This document shows, piece after piece, positions 10,824-20,885 of a DNA stretch of 64,000 nucleotides (within the stretch, counting starts at the first letter, position 1; each line of letters begins with the position of its first letter). The DNA comes from Promethearchaeota archaeon (lineage in GTDB: Archaea > Asgardarchaeota > Lokiarchaeia > Sigyniarchaeales > SOKP01). The stretch is from contig JAGXNO010000005.1 of assembly GCA_019894975.1 (NCBI GenBank), forward strand, positions 59,116-123,115. The letters run 5' to 3'. The translations under genes were made by a program, and so were the position numbers. The notes under the pieces were generated by a model. That model saw only the letters and a program-made list of their open reading frames with translations, had not been told where the DNA came from and did no database searches.

Positions 10824-11822
10824 TTATATTTTTTCCAATTCCCCTGGAGTATAACCAAAAGTAGTAAAAAATCTTTGTTTCACTTGTTCTATGTTATACT
10901 GTTGAGTTTGAGCACCACTTGTTTCAACCACAAATGAACCAACAATCGCTCCTAGTCGACAAGAATCTATCAAAGTCATATTGAGTGTTAATCCTGTCAA
11001 AATTCCCGCACGATATCCATCTCCTGCTCCTGTTGTATCTTTGACTTCTATCGGAGAAGCAATAGGAATTTTCATGTTAAACATCTTATTTCGTTCATCT
11101 TTATAGAGTAATTGAGATCCCTCAGAACCCTTAGTTATTATAATTGCTCTGACATATCCTAGGATCGATTCTTCATCCAAATCAGATTTCTCCTTTATTT
11201 GATTTATTTCATGATTATTTCCAATTAAAATATCAGATCTTTTGAGTATTTTTAATAAACTCTCCTTTTGAAATAACGGGGTCACTTGACCGGGATCAAA
11301 TATGGAAGGTATACCCAAATCAAATAGTTGAATAGAGAAATTAGTCATGGCTTCGACACTCTGTGTTGAATTAATTGCAAATACGTACTCATTTGGTTGA
11401 GTAATTTTTTCACTTAGATCAAGATCTTTACATTTGTCTAAAGCCCCTCCATGAAAAATGATCATTTGATTAGCTTTTATATCATTAACAATATAACACG
11501 CGGCTGTGAAAAGATTATCATATTCTTCAACCATTAGGTCTATATTGTTAAATTTATTTATATGATCTTTATATCCCAATCTCTCAAAATCATTTCCAAC
11601 CGATCCAAATAAAGAAACTCTAGCTATACTTAAGAGTCCTAAATTATAAGCAATGTTCCCTGCAGTTCCTCCGAAAAATTGATGTCGACTATCTGCTGTT
11701 ACTGTACTTTGGTATTCTTCTTTATCATGATCAATAGACACTGCATTTATAAAATTTTCCTTAAACCCCATTATATAATCAAAAGCTAGAGAACCAAGAA
11801 TAAGAACTTTAGTTTTTTCCAT
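10824..11822 (-). CDS. PfkB/ribokinase-family kinase, probably a nucleoside (adenosine) kinase
   Basis: GSLAFD, FGGTAGNIAYNL, FDPGQ, DTTGAGDGYRAG. Lies between apt and mtnP. Confidence 0.85.
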   Translation of the reverse strand: MEKTKVLILGSLAFDYIMGFKENFINAVSIDHDKEEYQSTVTADSRHQFFGGTAGNIAYNLGLLSIARVSLFGSVGNDFERLGYKDHINKFNNIDLMVEEYDNLFTAACYIVNDIKANQMIIFHGGALDKCKDLDLSEKITQPNEYVFAINSTQSVEAMTNFSIQLFDLGIPSIFDPGQVTPLFQKESLLKILKRSDILIGNNHEINQIKEKSDLDEESILGYVRAIIITKGSEGSQLLYKDERNKMFNMKIPIASPIEVKDTTGAGDGYRAGILTGLTLNMTLIDSCRLGAIVGSFVVETSGAQTQQYNIEQVKQRFFTTFGYTPGELEKI

Positions 11823-11975
11823 GATAACTATAGCAAAATTTTAGTTTTATATTGTTTTAGTATTTCATCTTATATTAAAAATTCATATTTAATGGAATAA
11901 ATCTGAATTCTTCAAAATTGCAGAATTGAAAATAATTTATTAAATTTCAAGTATTATTATTTAAAAAAACTCTAA

Positions 11976-12737
11976 ATGGTGAATATTATAGTAAAAATAG
12001 GAATAATTGGTGGTTCGGGATTGGATAACCCGGATATTTTAAAGAATGCTAAAGATATAAAAGTTAAAACAGCATATGGAGAACCTACCTCTCCTCTAAA
12101 AATTGGAAAAATTCATGAAAAAGATGTAGTACTCATCGCAAGACACGGAAGAGAACATACTATACCTCCTACACAAGTAAATTATAGAGCTAATATACAA
12201 GCATTAAAAGATCAAGGTTGTACTCATATTTTAGCTACAACCGCATGTGGAAGCTTGAGAGAGCAAATTGGTAGAGGTGATTTCGTTATTCTTGACCAAT
12301 TTATTGACTTCACTAGACTCAGAAAAGTATCTTTTTATGAAGAATTTACCCCAGGAGATATGAAACATACCCCCATGGCATATCCCTATTCAGAAGAATT
12401 AAGAAATATCTTTATTGAAACCGCGAGAGAACTTAATCTTAAATATCATGAGAAAGGAACTGTTGTTACTATTGAAGGTCCAAGATTTTCAACAAGGGCA
12501 GAATCAGAGATGTTTAGGATATGGGGCGCAGATGTGATTAATATGAGTATTGCTTCTGAAACTATTTTAGCAAATGAAGCGGGTATCCCTTATGCTGCTG
12601 TAGGTTTAAGCACTGATTATGACTGCTGGAAAGACGACGAGGCTCCCGTTACTTGGGAAGAAATCTTAGAAATCTTTGAAAAAAATATCAACAATGTTAT
12701 CGTCTTACTCATAAATACCATTAGAAAAATAAAATAA
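11976..12737 (+). CDS. mtnP: 5'-methylthioadenosine phosphorylase
   Basis: IGIIGGSG, ARHGREHTIPP..VNYRANI.AL, IEGPRFSTRAES, STDYDCW. Confidence 0.93.
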   Translation: MVNIIVKIGIIGGSGLDNPDILKNAKDIKVKTAYGEPTSPLKIGKIHEKDVVLIARHGREHTIPPTQVNYRANIQALKDQGCTHILATTACGSLREQIGRGDFVILDQFIDFTRLRKVSFYEEFTPGDMKHTPMAYPYSEELRNIFIETARELNLKYHEKGTVVTIEGPRFSTRAESEMFRIWGADVINMSIASETILANEAGIPYAAVGLSTDYDCWKDDEAPVTWEEILEIFEKNINNVIVLLINTIRKIK

Positions 12738-12836
12738 CTTTTCTACTTTTAGGTAGTTTAATTTAAAAAAGTTATTATTTTTTAAACAGTTTCAAAATAT
12801 ATTCGAAGCTAAAAATATTCTTAGAGACTTTCAAAT

Positions 12837-14141
12837 ATGGTGACTATTTCTTTTCTCGGGGCTTGTAGAGAAGTCGGAAGAAGTGCGGTACTAGTAGAAT
12901 CCAAAAATGGTGCAAAATGCATGTTGGATTATGGGATTCGGTTTCGTGGAGAAGAAAGACTACCTAGCACGGCAAACATAGACAATTTAAAAGCGGTTGC
13001 TCTAACCCATTGTCATGTTGATCATTCAGGCGGTCTACCTTTATTATATAAAACTAAAAATGTTCCATTCTTCACAAATTCCATCTCTTTAGCCTTAACT
13101 GAAATCTTAATTAAGGACACGTTGAAAATATCAAAATACCCATATCCATTTGGGTACAGAGAATTAGATTCTTTAAAACAACATTCATATTTCCTCAAAA
13201 ATGGAATTCGACATAAAATTGATGATGATTTTTTTATAACATTCATTAATGCAGGCCATATTCCTGGAAGTGTTTCAATTTTATTAGACGTGGATGGTAA
13301 AAAAATATTGTATTCTGGTGATATAAACACACAAAATACCAATTTAGTTCAATCTGCTAATTATCTTGATATCCCCGAAATAGATACTCTGATTATGGAA
13401 TCTACATATGCTCTCCGAGAACATCCTCCAAGAGAACAACTTGAGAAAGAATTTATAGAAAAAGTAGTGAATATAACTGATAATGGAGGAACTGTTCTAA
13501 TTCCCGCTTTTGGGGTAGCTCGTTCGCAAGAAGCACTATTAATTTTGGAGAAATATAATTTTAAAGGGAAAATATTTATTGATGGACTCGCAAGAAAAAT
13601 ATCTATGTTATGTTTAGATTATCCAGATTTTATTAAAAATATAAAGATGCTTAGAAATGCTGTGAAAAAAGCACAGTTTGTATCCAGGGCTAAGACTAGA
13701 GCAAAAGTTAAAGAATCTAAGGGTGTAATTATATCTCCTTCGGGGATGCTTAAAGGAGGTGCCGCTATAGAATATGTGCAATCAATAATTAATGATCCTT
13801 CATCAGCAATTTATTTAGTAGGGTATCAAGTGGAGGGATCTCCCGGAAGAGGATTACTAGATAATGGAATTTTTGAATTTAAAGAATCTCGAAAAAATAG
13901 ACCCAAATTTGATTTGAGGATTAAAGCTCAATGTGATTATAATCATTTTGATTTTTCAAGTCATTCAGATAATTTTCATATTCACAATTATATTGAAAAT
14001 TTACAGTTTAAAAAAGATTCTAGCAGCGATATATTTTGCATTCACGGGGATAATAAATCAACAACAAGTTTAGCTGGTGAATTAGTTAATAAGCATTATA
14101 ATTCAGTTGCTCCTGAAACGGGAGAAATTTACCAAATTTAA
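12837..14141 (+). CDS. Metallo-beta-lactamase beta-CASP ribonuclease without KH domains (aCPSF2-like)
   Basis: LGACREVGRS, THCHVDHSG, AGHIPGS, MESTY, GYQVEGSPG, FSSHSD, IHGD. Confidence 0.88.
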   Translation: MVTISFLGACREVGRSAVLVESKNGAKCMLDYGIRFRGEERLPSTANIDNLKAVALTHCHVDHSGGLPLLYKTKNVPFFTNSISLALTEILIKDTLKISKYPYPFGYRELDSLKQHSYFLKNGIRHKIDDDFFITFINAGHIPGSVSILLDVDGKKILYSGDINTQNTNLVQSANYLDIPEIDTLIMESTYALREHPPREQLEKEFIEKVVNITDNGGTVLIPAFGVARSQEALLILEKYNFKGKIFIDGLARKISMLCLDYPDFIKNIKMLRNAVKKAQFVSRAKTRAKVKESKGVIISPSGMLKGGAAIEYVQSIINDPSSAIYLVGYQVEGSPGRGLLDNGIFEFKESRKNRPKFDLRIKAQCDYNHFDFSSHSDNFHIHNYIENLQFKKDSSSDIFCIHGDNKSTTSLAGELVNKHYNSVAPETGEIYQI

Positions 14142-14165
14142 ACTAAGTTCAATAAATTAGCAGAT

Positions 14166-15686
14166 TTAATTTTTTTGTAATTGATTTCTAATAACTATAT
14201 TACAGTTTTCTAGAAATAATTCGATTTTATCAACAGGGATCTTAGTGCCTGCTGCAGGAGGATGTCCTCCTCCTAATACATCTAAATTTGTTTGTTTACA
14301 TGCATCTTTAATAGCTTCAGAGAGATTAACCCCTTGATTAACTATTTTTTCATGAGCTCTTCCTGAAACTTTATATACTTCTTCATCAGTTCTTTTAGCT
14401 AGACCAAATATTGGTTTTGACTTATCTATACCTTTAATATTTCCGAAAATTAGCATAGAAGAAATAGTTCCGATTATACTTTCGGGAATTTTATCTTCCC
14501 CAAAAAAATATTGAATTGAATCCTTTTGTTGAATTTTCTCATTATCTTGAATCCAAGAGAGACTCTCAACTAGAGATTTTCTATAATCATTTTGAATTTT
14601 TTTTGACTGTTGATAAATCTCTTTTCTATCTCCCATCGCGATGGCAATTCCTAAAGAAGAATTGTGAGTTCGACCACATGCGTTCAAAAGGTTAGAAAAA
14701 TCTTTAGCATCATGAAGCTCTGAGTTGATAGATTCTTTTTTTAACAAATATCGATTAGCAATTAATTTTTTAATTATCTTATTAGGTTCTAAGTCTAATT
14801 TTATAGAAGCATATTCTATAATTGCCGAGGATATTTTTTGCTTCTCATCTTGATTCAATTCATTTAATGTTTTTACTCTACCTTCCGAATTTTCCATTAA
14901 AATCCCTTGAGTTTTAAGAAAAATTAAAGTTCTATTCGCATCCTTAGATAATCCCGGCAAATTAAAATCTGTTGAATAAGCAATAGCCTCATTTAAAGGT
15001 TTCAAACTGGGAAAATTCAAATCATTTACAACTTCTACTAAACCTAAATTACATGCATCTTCCAAGATTAAAGCGTTGAGTCCTAGAAACGATTTGTTTT
15101 CTCCTTGATTTTGAATATCACCTATTGCTCCAATGATTGCAATAGGTGACAAATCCATATTTTCTTGATTCAAACATTTAGCAAAATAATAACATAATCC
15201 TGCACCTGAAATTTCAGTACTACCATCAATTCCATAAAAATAAGGATTAATGTGCCAATTTAAAGTTTTTTCATGGATTTCGCCGATTTCTTTGATTTCT
15301 TCCTTATTAGAAATATTTTGAGGTATGTGGTGGTCTAATATTAAAAAAGAGTCAAAATTCTTTTCCTGAACTAATTTTTTGTGTAATTCTGAATATTGTC
15401 CACTCCCAAAATCCGAAAAGATTAAAAAATTTTTATATTTTTCAACTTTTTCTGATATTTTTGTAATTTCTTCTTTTTCTAATTGTCTGAGTACAGAAAT
15501 TTGAAAGGGAATTTTCTCCCGATATAGAGCTTTACCAAGGATTGCACCTGAACTTAACCCATCAGCATCAAGATGAGTATATATGTTAATGGGAGAATCC
15601 ATGGTTTTAATTTTATCAAAAAAGTAGATTTTAGCCTTGTTAAGATCATCAAGTAATTTCGTTAATTTTTCTTTATTTTTGTCCAT
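14166..15686 (-). CDS. recJ: DHH-family RecJ-like exonuclease (archaeal GAN/Cdc45 family)
   Basis: HLDADG, DFGSGQ, LDHH, AIIGAIGDIQ, LLNACGR, GGGHPPAAG. Confidence 0.88.
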   Translation of the reverse strand: MDKNKEKLTKLLDDLNKAKIYFFDKIKTMDSPINIYTHLDADGLSSGAILGKALYREKIPFQISVLRQLEKEEITKISEKVEKYKNFLIFSDFGSGQYSELHKKLVQEKNFDSFLILDHHIPQNISNKEEIKEIGEIHEKTLNWHINPYFYGIDGSTEISGAGLCYYFAKCLNQENMDLSPIAIIGAIGDIQNQGENKSFLGLNALILEDACNLGLVEVVNDLNFPSLKPLNEAIAYSTDFNLPGLSKDANRTLIFLKTQGILMENSEGRVKTLNELNQDEKQKISSAIIEYASIKLDLEPNKIIKKLIANRYLLKKESINSELHDAKDFSNLLNACGRTHNSSLGIAIAMGDRKEIYQQSKKIQNDYRKSLVESLSWIQDNEKIQQKDSIQYFFGEDKIPESIIGTISSMLIFGNIKGIDKSKPIFGLAKRTDEEVYKVSGRAHEKIVNQGVNLSEAIKDACKQTNLDVLGGGHPPAAGTKIPVDKIELFLENCNIVIRNQLQKN

Positions 15687-15800
15687 TTTTTTAAGTAATT
15701 AGATATTCATAAATTCAAAATTAAAACTACATTATAATAAGATATCAAAATTATAATAAATACTCAATTAAAAAAATTAATTTTACTAACGTGAAAATAA

Positions 15801-16796
15801 ATGCATCATATAAAAATTAATGAACTTGCCAGAAATATTGCAGATACAATAATCAACAATAAAGAAATCTATGGCGCTAATATTGTCAAATTAGCTAATG
15901 ATTCTACGATTCTAGATATGACAAAATCTTCATGGGAGGGAGGTAAACTAGTTGGGGAGATATGTATGGGCGGACTTGGCACTATAATATTTTCTCATTA
16001 TAATTTAGATGGGCATTTTATTCCAAGTCTTACGGTTCACACTTCAGAGCCCTTGATTTCATGTATGGCTTCTCAATTGGCAGGATGGAATGTGAAGTTG
16101 AAAAAAGAAGTAGAAAAAAATGGTGAATTGAAAAAAAAAGTTGTTTTCCAGTCATTGGGTTCAGGACCAGCTCGAGCTAAAAGCAGGGGGGAAAAGATCT
16201 TTGATGAAATTGAATACACAGATAGTTCTGATTGCGCAGTTATTGTTTTTGAAACAGCTAAATTACCAAACGAAGAAGTCATGAATATTATTGCTGATAA
16301 ATGCGGAGTTGAGACCAATCAAACATATGCTGTTTGTGCTCCAACTGCTTGTTTAACAGGATCTATTCAAGTAGCAGCAAGAATCGTTGAAACAGGAGTT
16401 CATAAATTGCATGAGATTAAATTCCCAATAGAATTAATTAGAGATGGGTACGGAACAACCACTATTGCTCCTATCGCAAAGGACGATCTAGGTGCAATGG
16501 GGCGTACTAACGATTCAATTAGCGCAGCAGGGATGACATATTATACTATCGATGCTGAAAAAGAAAAAGAAGAAGAATTATTTGCTCTTCTTAAAGAAGG
16601 TCCAGCTAATACGTCTTCTAGTTATGGAAAACCCTTTATTGAAACATTTAAAGAGGCTAATTATAACTTTTATGATATTGATCCAGGTCTATTTGCTCCA
16701 GCTACATATACCTTAACAAATATCAGAACTGGTAGAAGTATAACTGTTGGAAAAATAAATCATGAATTACTGAAGAAGTCCTATGGTTTATATTAA
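15801..16796 (+). CDS. mch: Methenyl-H4MPT cyclohydrolase
   Basis: EICMGGLG, CMASQLAGW, LGSGPARA, APTAC..GS.QVAARIVETG.HKL, MGRTND, FYDIDPGLFAPA. Confidence 0.95.
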   Translation: MHHIKINELARNIADTIINNKEIYGANIVKLANDSTILDMTKSSWEGGKLVGEICMGGLGTIIFSHYNLDGHFIPSLTVHTSEPLISCMASQLAGWNVKLKKEVEKNGELKKKVVFQSLGSGPARAKSRGEKIFDEIEYTDSSDCAVIVFETAKLPNEEVMNIIADKCGVETNQTYAVCAPTACLTGSIQVAARIVETGVHKLHEIKFPIELIRDGYGTTTIAPIAKDDLGAMGRTNDSISAAGMTYYTIDAEKEKEEELFALLKEGPANTSSSYGKPFIETFKEANYNFYDIDPGLFAPATYTLTNIRTGRSITVGKINHELLKKSYGLY

Positions 16797-16854
16797 ACAA
16801 AAAGAGAATCAGATAATTCTACTACTATATATTTTTTATTTTTAGTAAAAAAGA

Positions 16855-17994
16855 TTACATGTTAGTAAGTTCTTCTTGATATTTTAATATCTCACTTACC
16901 GAAATATCCCTATCAAAATTTATTTCCTGGTGTATTCCTAAATATGCACAGGCAATCTTTGCAGCAGCGGCAATTTCCGCTTTCTTAAGGGTGATTGAAT
17001 ATTCATCTTGTTGATTTTGATCTTCTTTATAATTATTCTCTTGGAAATTAGGATCATGAAGCCGGGAAGCTCTTTCGTTTTTCATTTCAAATAATAACGA
17101 AGCCATTTTATAAGCTACTTTAAACGGAAGTTGATTCTTAACAATTAAACGAATAATATTATTTACATCAAAATAATTTAGGGTTTCATATTTTGCACGT
17201 AGAAAACCCTTAAGATTTTCAGAGTCTTTTTCACATTCTATTTCAATCCAGTCATGAATTGCTAATTTCCTTCTAAAGTATATCAATTCCCAGTCAATAT
17301 CTAATTCCTTTAGAAACTCAAGTAATTTTGGATCATTAGCTTTTCTTGATTCTATAACAACGTAAAGCTGAAGACCATAATATTTGTGTTCTTGTTGAAG
17401 GAAAAACCCTCTTTGTTGCATAGATGCAAGAATTAATAACTTTATTGAAAAAATCTTATCAGAGACATTCTTTTTACTACAATTGAGGTAAATCACATTT
17501 CCTTCTTCACTGATATACTCACAATCTAAAAATCCGAGAATACTTTCTTTGTTTTCTGTAATAAATCTATTTAATCCCGTAAGAGTAGGTTTTACATCAA
17601 AACGAACTAAATCATTTTGCTCAATGGTAACATAATCATTATAATTACCCCCAATTGCGAGTTTAATAGCATTCAATTTAAATTCCTTATCCATCCCAAA
17701 AACTTTTTGAAAAGCCTCGTTTATGGGAAATACTTCCTCCTCTAGAATCTTTACATCCGCCATAGAACTCTCATATGGCTCCTGCTCGCTTAACATTTTA
17801 TTTAATAAAGGTGCTTCTGAAGCCTCTACTGTGATTTCATATGATTTAGCCAGATCTCTCCGAACTATACAGATAGATCGCTTTTTCTTATTGAATATTG
17901 AAAGTGAATTATTATCATTAAGCACTGCTCGAAACTTTTCAATAAATTTATCTTCAGTATTCTCTGGCCCTACTCTTCTTCTTCTAATATTCAA
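16855..17994 (-). CDS. Hypothetical protein
   Basis: 379-aa ORF with TTG start and no recognisable motif. Confidence 0.7.
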   Translation of the reverse strand: MNIRRRRVGPENTEDKFIEKFRAVLNDNNSLSIFNKKKRSICIVRRDLAKSYEITVEASEAPLLNKMLSEQEPYESSMADVKILEEEVFPINEAFQKVFGMDKEFKLNAIKLAIGGNYNDYVTIEQNDLVRFDVKPTLTGLNRFITENKESILGFLDCEYISEEGNVIYLNCSKKNVSDKIFSIKLLILASMQQRGFFLQQEHKYYGLQLYVVIESRKANDPKLLEFLKELDIDWELIYFRRKLAIHDWIEIECEKDSENLKGFLRAKYETLNYFDVNNIIRLIVKNQLPFKVAYKMASLLFEMKNERASRLHDPNFQENNYKEDQNQQDEYSITLKKAEIAAAAKIACAYLGIHQEINFDRDISVSEILKYQEELTNM

Positions 17995-18173
17995 TCAACT
18001 AGAAATTGTAAAAAATTCTTGATAGTTAATTTATCTATAAAATTTGTGTCTTAAATTCTTAACTAATAGAAATTATTAATCATAGTTATTTATCAAATAA
18101 TAAATATAAGAGCCATACTGCTCTATGATTTATTAAATTATCTTAATATTACAGTCCAAAATTAACGGATATC

Positions 18174-18353
18174 TTATTCTAATTCCTCTTCTAAGTAATA
18201 ATTATCATTCTTTTTTATATATATAGTCGTAGAGCCAAAATTATTTCGAACCGTATATTTATCTCCTTGGACATCTAAGATTTCGATTGAATATGATAAT
18301 CTTCTCTTATTCAAGATATCTTCTACAATTTTTTTTTCTTCCTTTGAATCCAT
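18174..18353 (-). CDS. Small hypothetical protein (59 aa)
   Basis: Manual translation MDSKEEKKIVEDILNKRRLSYSIEILDVQGDKYTVRNNFGSTTIYIKKNDNYYLEEELE*. Protein-like composition, just below the apparent ORF-track length cutoff. Confidence 0.7.
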   Translation of the reverse strand: MDSKEEKKIVEDILNKRRLSYSIEILDVQGDKYTVRNNFGSTTIYIKKNDNYYLEEELE

Positions 18354-18725
18354 AAATATAATTTATATTTTTAATCAAAAAAATTTTTCTATTTTCACCT
18401 TTGAGCAAATTTATTTTTGAAATTAGAAGGATCATTTCTTGCTCTAATTACTATTTATAATCCTCATATCATACACAAAATTGTAGGATTATGGTGAATA
18501 AACTTAAAAAAGACTTTCGATTGAATTAAATAAGTGGAAATATACTTCCTAAATGAATAAAGTAAGGCTCTAGATTGAAGAGTTTTTTTAGTAGGAAAAG
18601 GTTTGGGATTTTATTAAAAATTGGAGTTTTTTTTAATAATCAGTTTAATAAATAAATGAGGATTTAATTAAAGTATATATAAAGGAAAATTCTTTAACTG
18701 ATCGATCTCCCATTTCTGAAGCAAT

Positions 18726-19976
18726 ATGGTAAAACAAACGCTTGATATTGGATTTTTTACTAGTATGTATAGTCAAACTAATGGTACTGCACATGCCGTG
18801 CGATTCTTATCCGAAGCAATCGTAAAACATACAGGTCATACTGTACATGTTTATGCTCCTGGAATTCAAAAGCCAAAGGATATACCAAAGAACTTATGCC
18901 TTCACAATTTTTTCGGTGCTAAAATAGCACCAAAAACAGGATTAGTATTAAGCTTTCCTCTTCATAAATATTTTTTTTGCCAACATGATTATTTAGATGT
19001 AGCTCATATTCATACACACGCGACATTTGGGAGTATGGCAATAAACTGGTCAAAGTATATTGGAATACCGATGGCTGGTACTCATAACTCTCCTCTTTCT
19101 TTCTATACATCCCAATATATTCCGGTAATAGGTAAACTTCTTTCTAAAATGGATTGGGTTTGGAGATATGAAAGGCATATCTTGGATAAATATGATCTTG
19201 TATCAGTACCAACTAAATCAAAAAAAGACTTACTGAGGAAACGGAGATTTAAAGAACCTATTGTTTGCCTTTCAAACGGAATTCCTGATAAATATTTCGT
19301 TGATGTAAAAAAAAATGGAATTCGGGATAAGTATGATTTGGACAACAAAAAAATTCTTCTTTATGCTTCAAGACTTTCACCAGAAAAACACCAGTTAAGT
19401 ATAATCAAAATATTTAAAAAAATTCATAACGAGTACCCTGATTCACATCTTGTCTTAGTAGGCAGTGACGGACCATCTACTTCTCATGTTCAAAAGATTA
19501 TCAAGAAAAAACACTATAAAGAATTTGTTTCTTACCTCGGACGAGTACCTTTCCACGATTTGCTAAGACTTTTTAATACAGCCGATGTATCTTGCCTATG
19601 GTCATGGATAGAAGCGGAAGGATTAGTCCTATTAGAAAGTATGGCACAAGGAACCCCGTGCATAGGTTCTAATAGCATTGGAATTTCGGACGTAATTAGA
19701 CATGGAGAAACTGGCTATTTAAGTACAGATTTAGAAGATTTTAAGCAAAAAGTTATACATTTATTTAAAAATGATGATTTACGCTTGGAAATGGGTAAAA
19801 ATGCTAAAAGGGTTGCACAAAATTATAGAATGAGTAATGTAGCAAAAACTTGGGTTGAATTATACAAATTTATGATTAATGAGCTTTACCCGCTTAGATA
19901 TTATAATAAAGAAAGGAACGAGAGGGTTCGTTTAGTAAAAGAATTTATACATAAATTACCTATTGTTAATTTTTAA
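18726..19976 (+). CDS. GT4-family glycosyltransferase
   Basis: TNGT...V N-terminal motif, HIHTH, SRLSPEK, EAEGLVLLESMAQGTP (ExxGxxxxE). Confidence 0.88.
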   Translation: MVKQTLDIGFFTSMYSQTNGTAHAVRFLSEAIVKHTGHTVHVYAPGIQKPKDIPKNLCLHNFFGAKIAPKTGLVLSFPLHKYFFCQHDYLDVAHIHTHATFGSMAINWSKYIGIPMAGTHNSPLSFYTSQYIPVIGKLLSKMDWVWRYERHILDKYDLVSVPTKSKKDLLRKRRFKEPIVCLSNGIPDKYFVDVKKNGIRDKYDLDNKKILLYASRLSPEKHQLSIIKIFKKIHNEYPDSHLVLVGSDGPSTSHVQKIIKKKHYKEFVSYLGRVPFHDLLRLFNTADVSCLWSWIEAEGLVLLESMAQGTPCIGSNSIGISDVIRHGETGYLSTDLEDFKQKVIHLFKNDDLRLEMGKNAKRVAQNYRMSNVAKTWVELYKFMINELYPLRYYNKERNERVRLVKEFIHKLPIVNF

Positions 19977-19989
19977 ATTATATTATTTC

Positions 19990-20736
19990 TTAGAAATTAA
20001 GTTTATCCCTAATCTTATCCAATTTTAAATTACACTCTCTACATAAACTATACGGTTTATTATCTATTTGTTCAACAGCTTTAGAAAATTTCATTACACA
20101 GGAATTCTCCTCACAGTGGGGGGATCCAATTAAAATATGCCCTATTTCATGAATGATTTCCTTTAACACTCTCTGTTCAAAAAGTTTATCATCTCTCACT
20201 CTATCGTAAAATTCCTCTTTCAATTTAAGTGTAGATACAACACTACATCTATGTTTTAAATGCGTTTCGCCAAACATAAATACTATATTATCGTCACTAC
20301 TCGAGTAGATAGGAAGATCCGTAAGTAATATTATAATTCCTAGTTTTTCTTTTGTTCTTATATTTATTAGTTCCTGATAAAATTTATTTGTGGGGTGCGT
20401 AGATATCTTATCATTGATTTTTCTCATTTCTTTATGCTCTTTTTTAATACCTTTAGAAAAAAGGGCTTTTCCAAAATGAAATTGTCCTAAATTATTGATA
20501 CCAAAAAAGAAGGAGTCAAAAACTTGATTTAGCAGTGATTTAATTTGTTTAAACAGATTAGTATCAAAATCTGTATAGAACATAACCCCTAAATGGCATG
20601 GCAATATTAGTTTTTTAAGCTCCTCGTCTACTAAATCAAACTCCTCAGAATAAGAAATCCCTATTCTAGTTACAAGCTTTTTTAATTTTTCCTTATACTT
20701 TCGTATCTTTTGTTCATATTTTTGAAATTTAGCCAT
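19990..20736 (-). CDS. Archaemetzincin-family zinc metalloprotease (M54)
   Basis: KEIIHEIGHILIGSPHCEENSCVM.FS.....D.K...LC.EC metzincin motif with Cys4 site. Confidence 0.85.
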   Translation of the reverse strand: MAKFQKYEQKIRKYKEKLKKLVTRIGISYSEEFDLVDEELKKLILPCHLGVMFYTDFDTNLFKQIKSLLNQVFDSFFFGINNLGQFHFGKALFSKGIKKEHKEMRKINDKISTHPTNKFYQELINIRTKEKLGIIILLTDLPIYSSSDDNIVFMFGETHLKHRCSVVSTLKLKEEFYDRVRDDKLFEQRVLKEIIHEIGHILIGSPHCEENSCVMKFSKAVEQIDNKPYSLCRECNLKLDKIRDKLNF

Positions 20737-20885
20737 CTAATGTCAATAATTAATTATAATTTATCTAAATTAACCATTATCTTGAACTATAATGAGTTTG
20801 CCTTCATTAATAATAGGTATTTAAATCATAAATTATATTATAAAATAAATTATTTGATTTAGGATTGAAAATTTAACTTAGAATT

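Noticed and set aside
18457-18492. Inverted repeat ATAATCCT...AGGATTAT in the intergenic region
   Set aside because: An 8-bp arm with no transposase, target duplication or second copy, insufficient for a MITE or ncRNA call.
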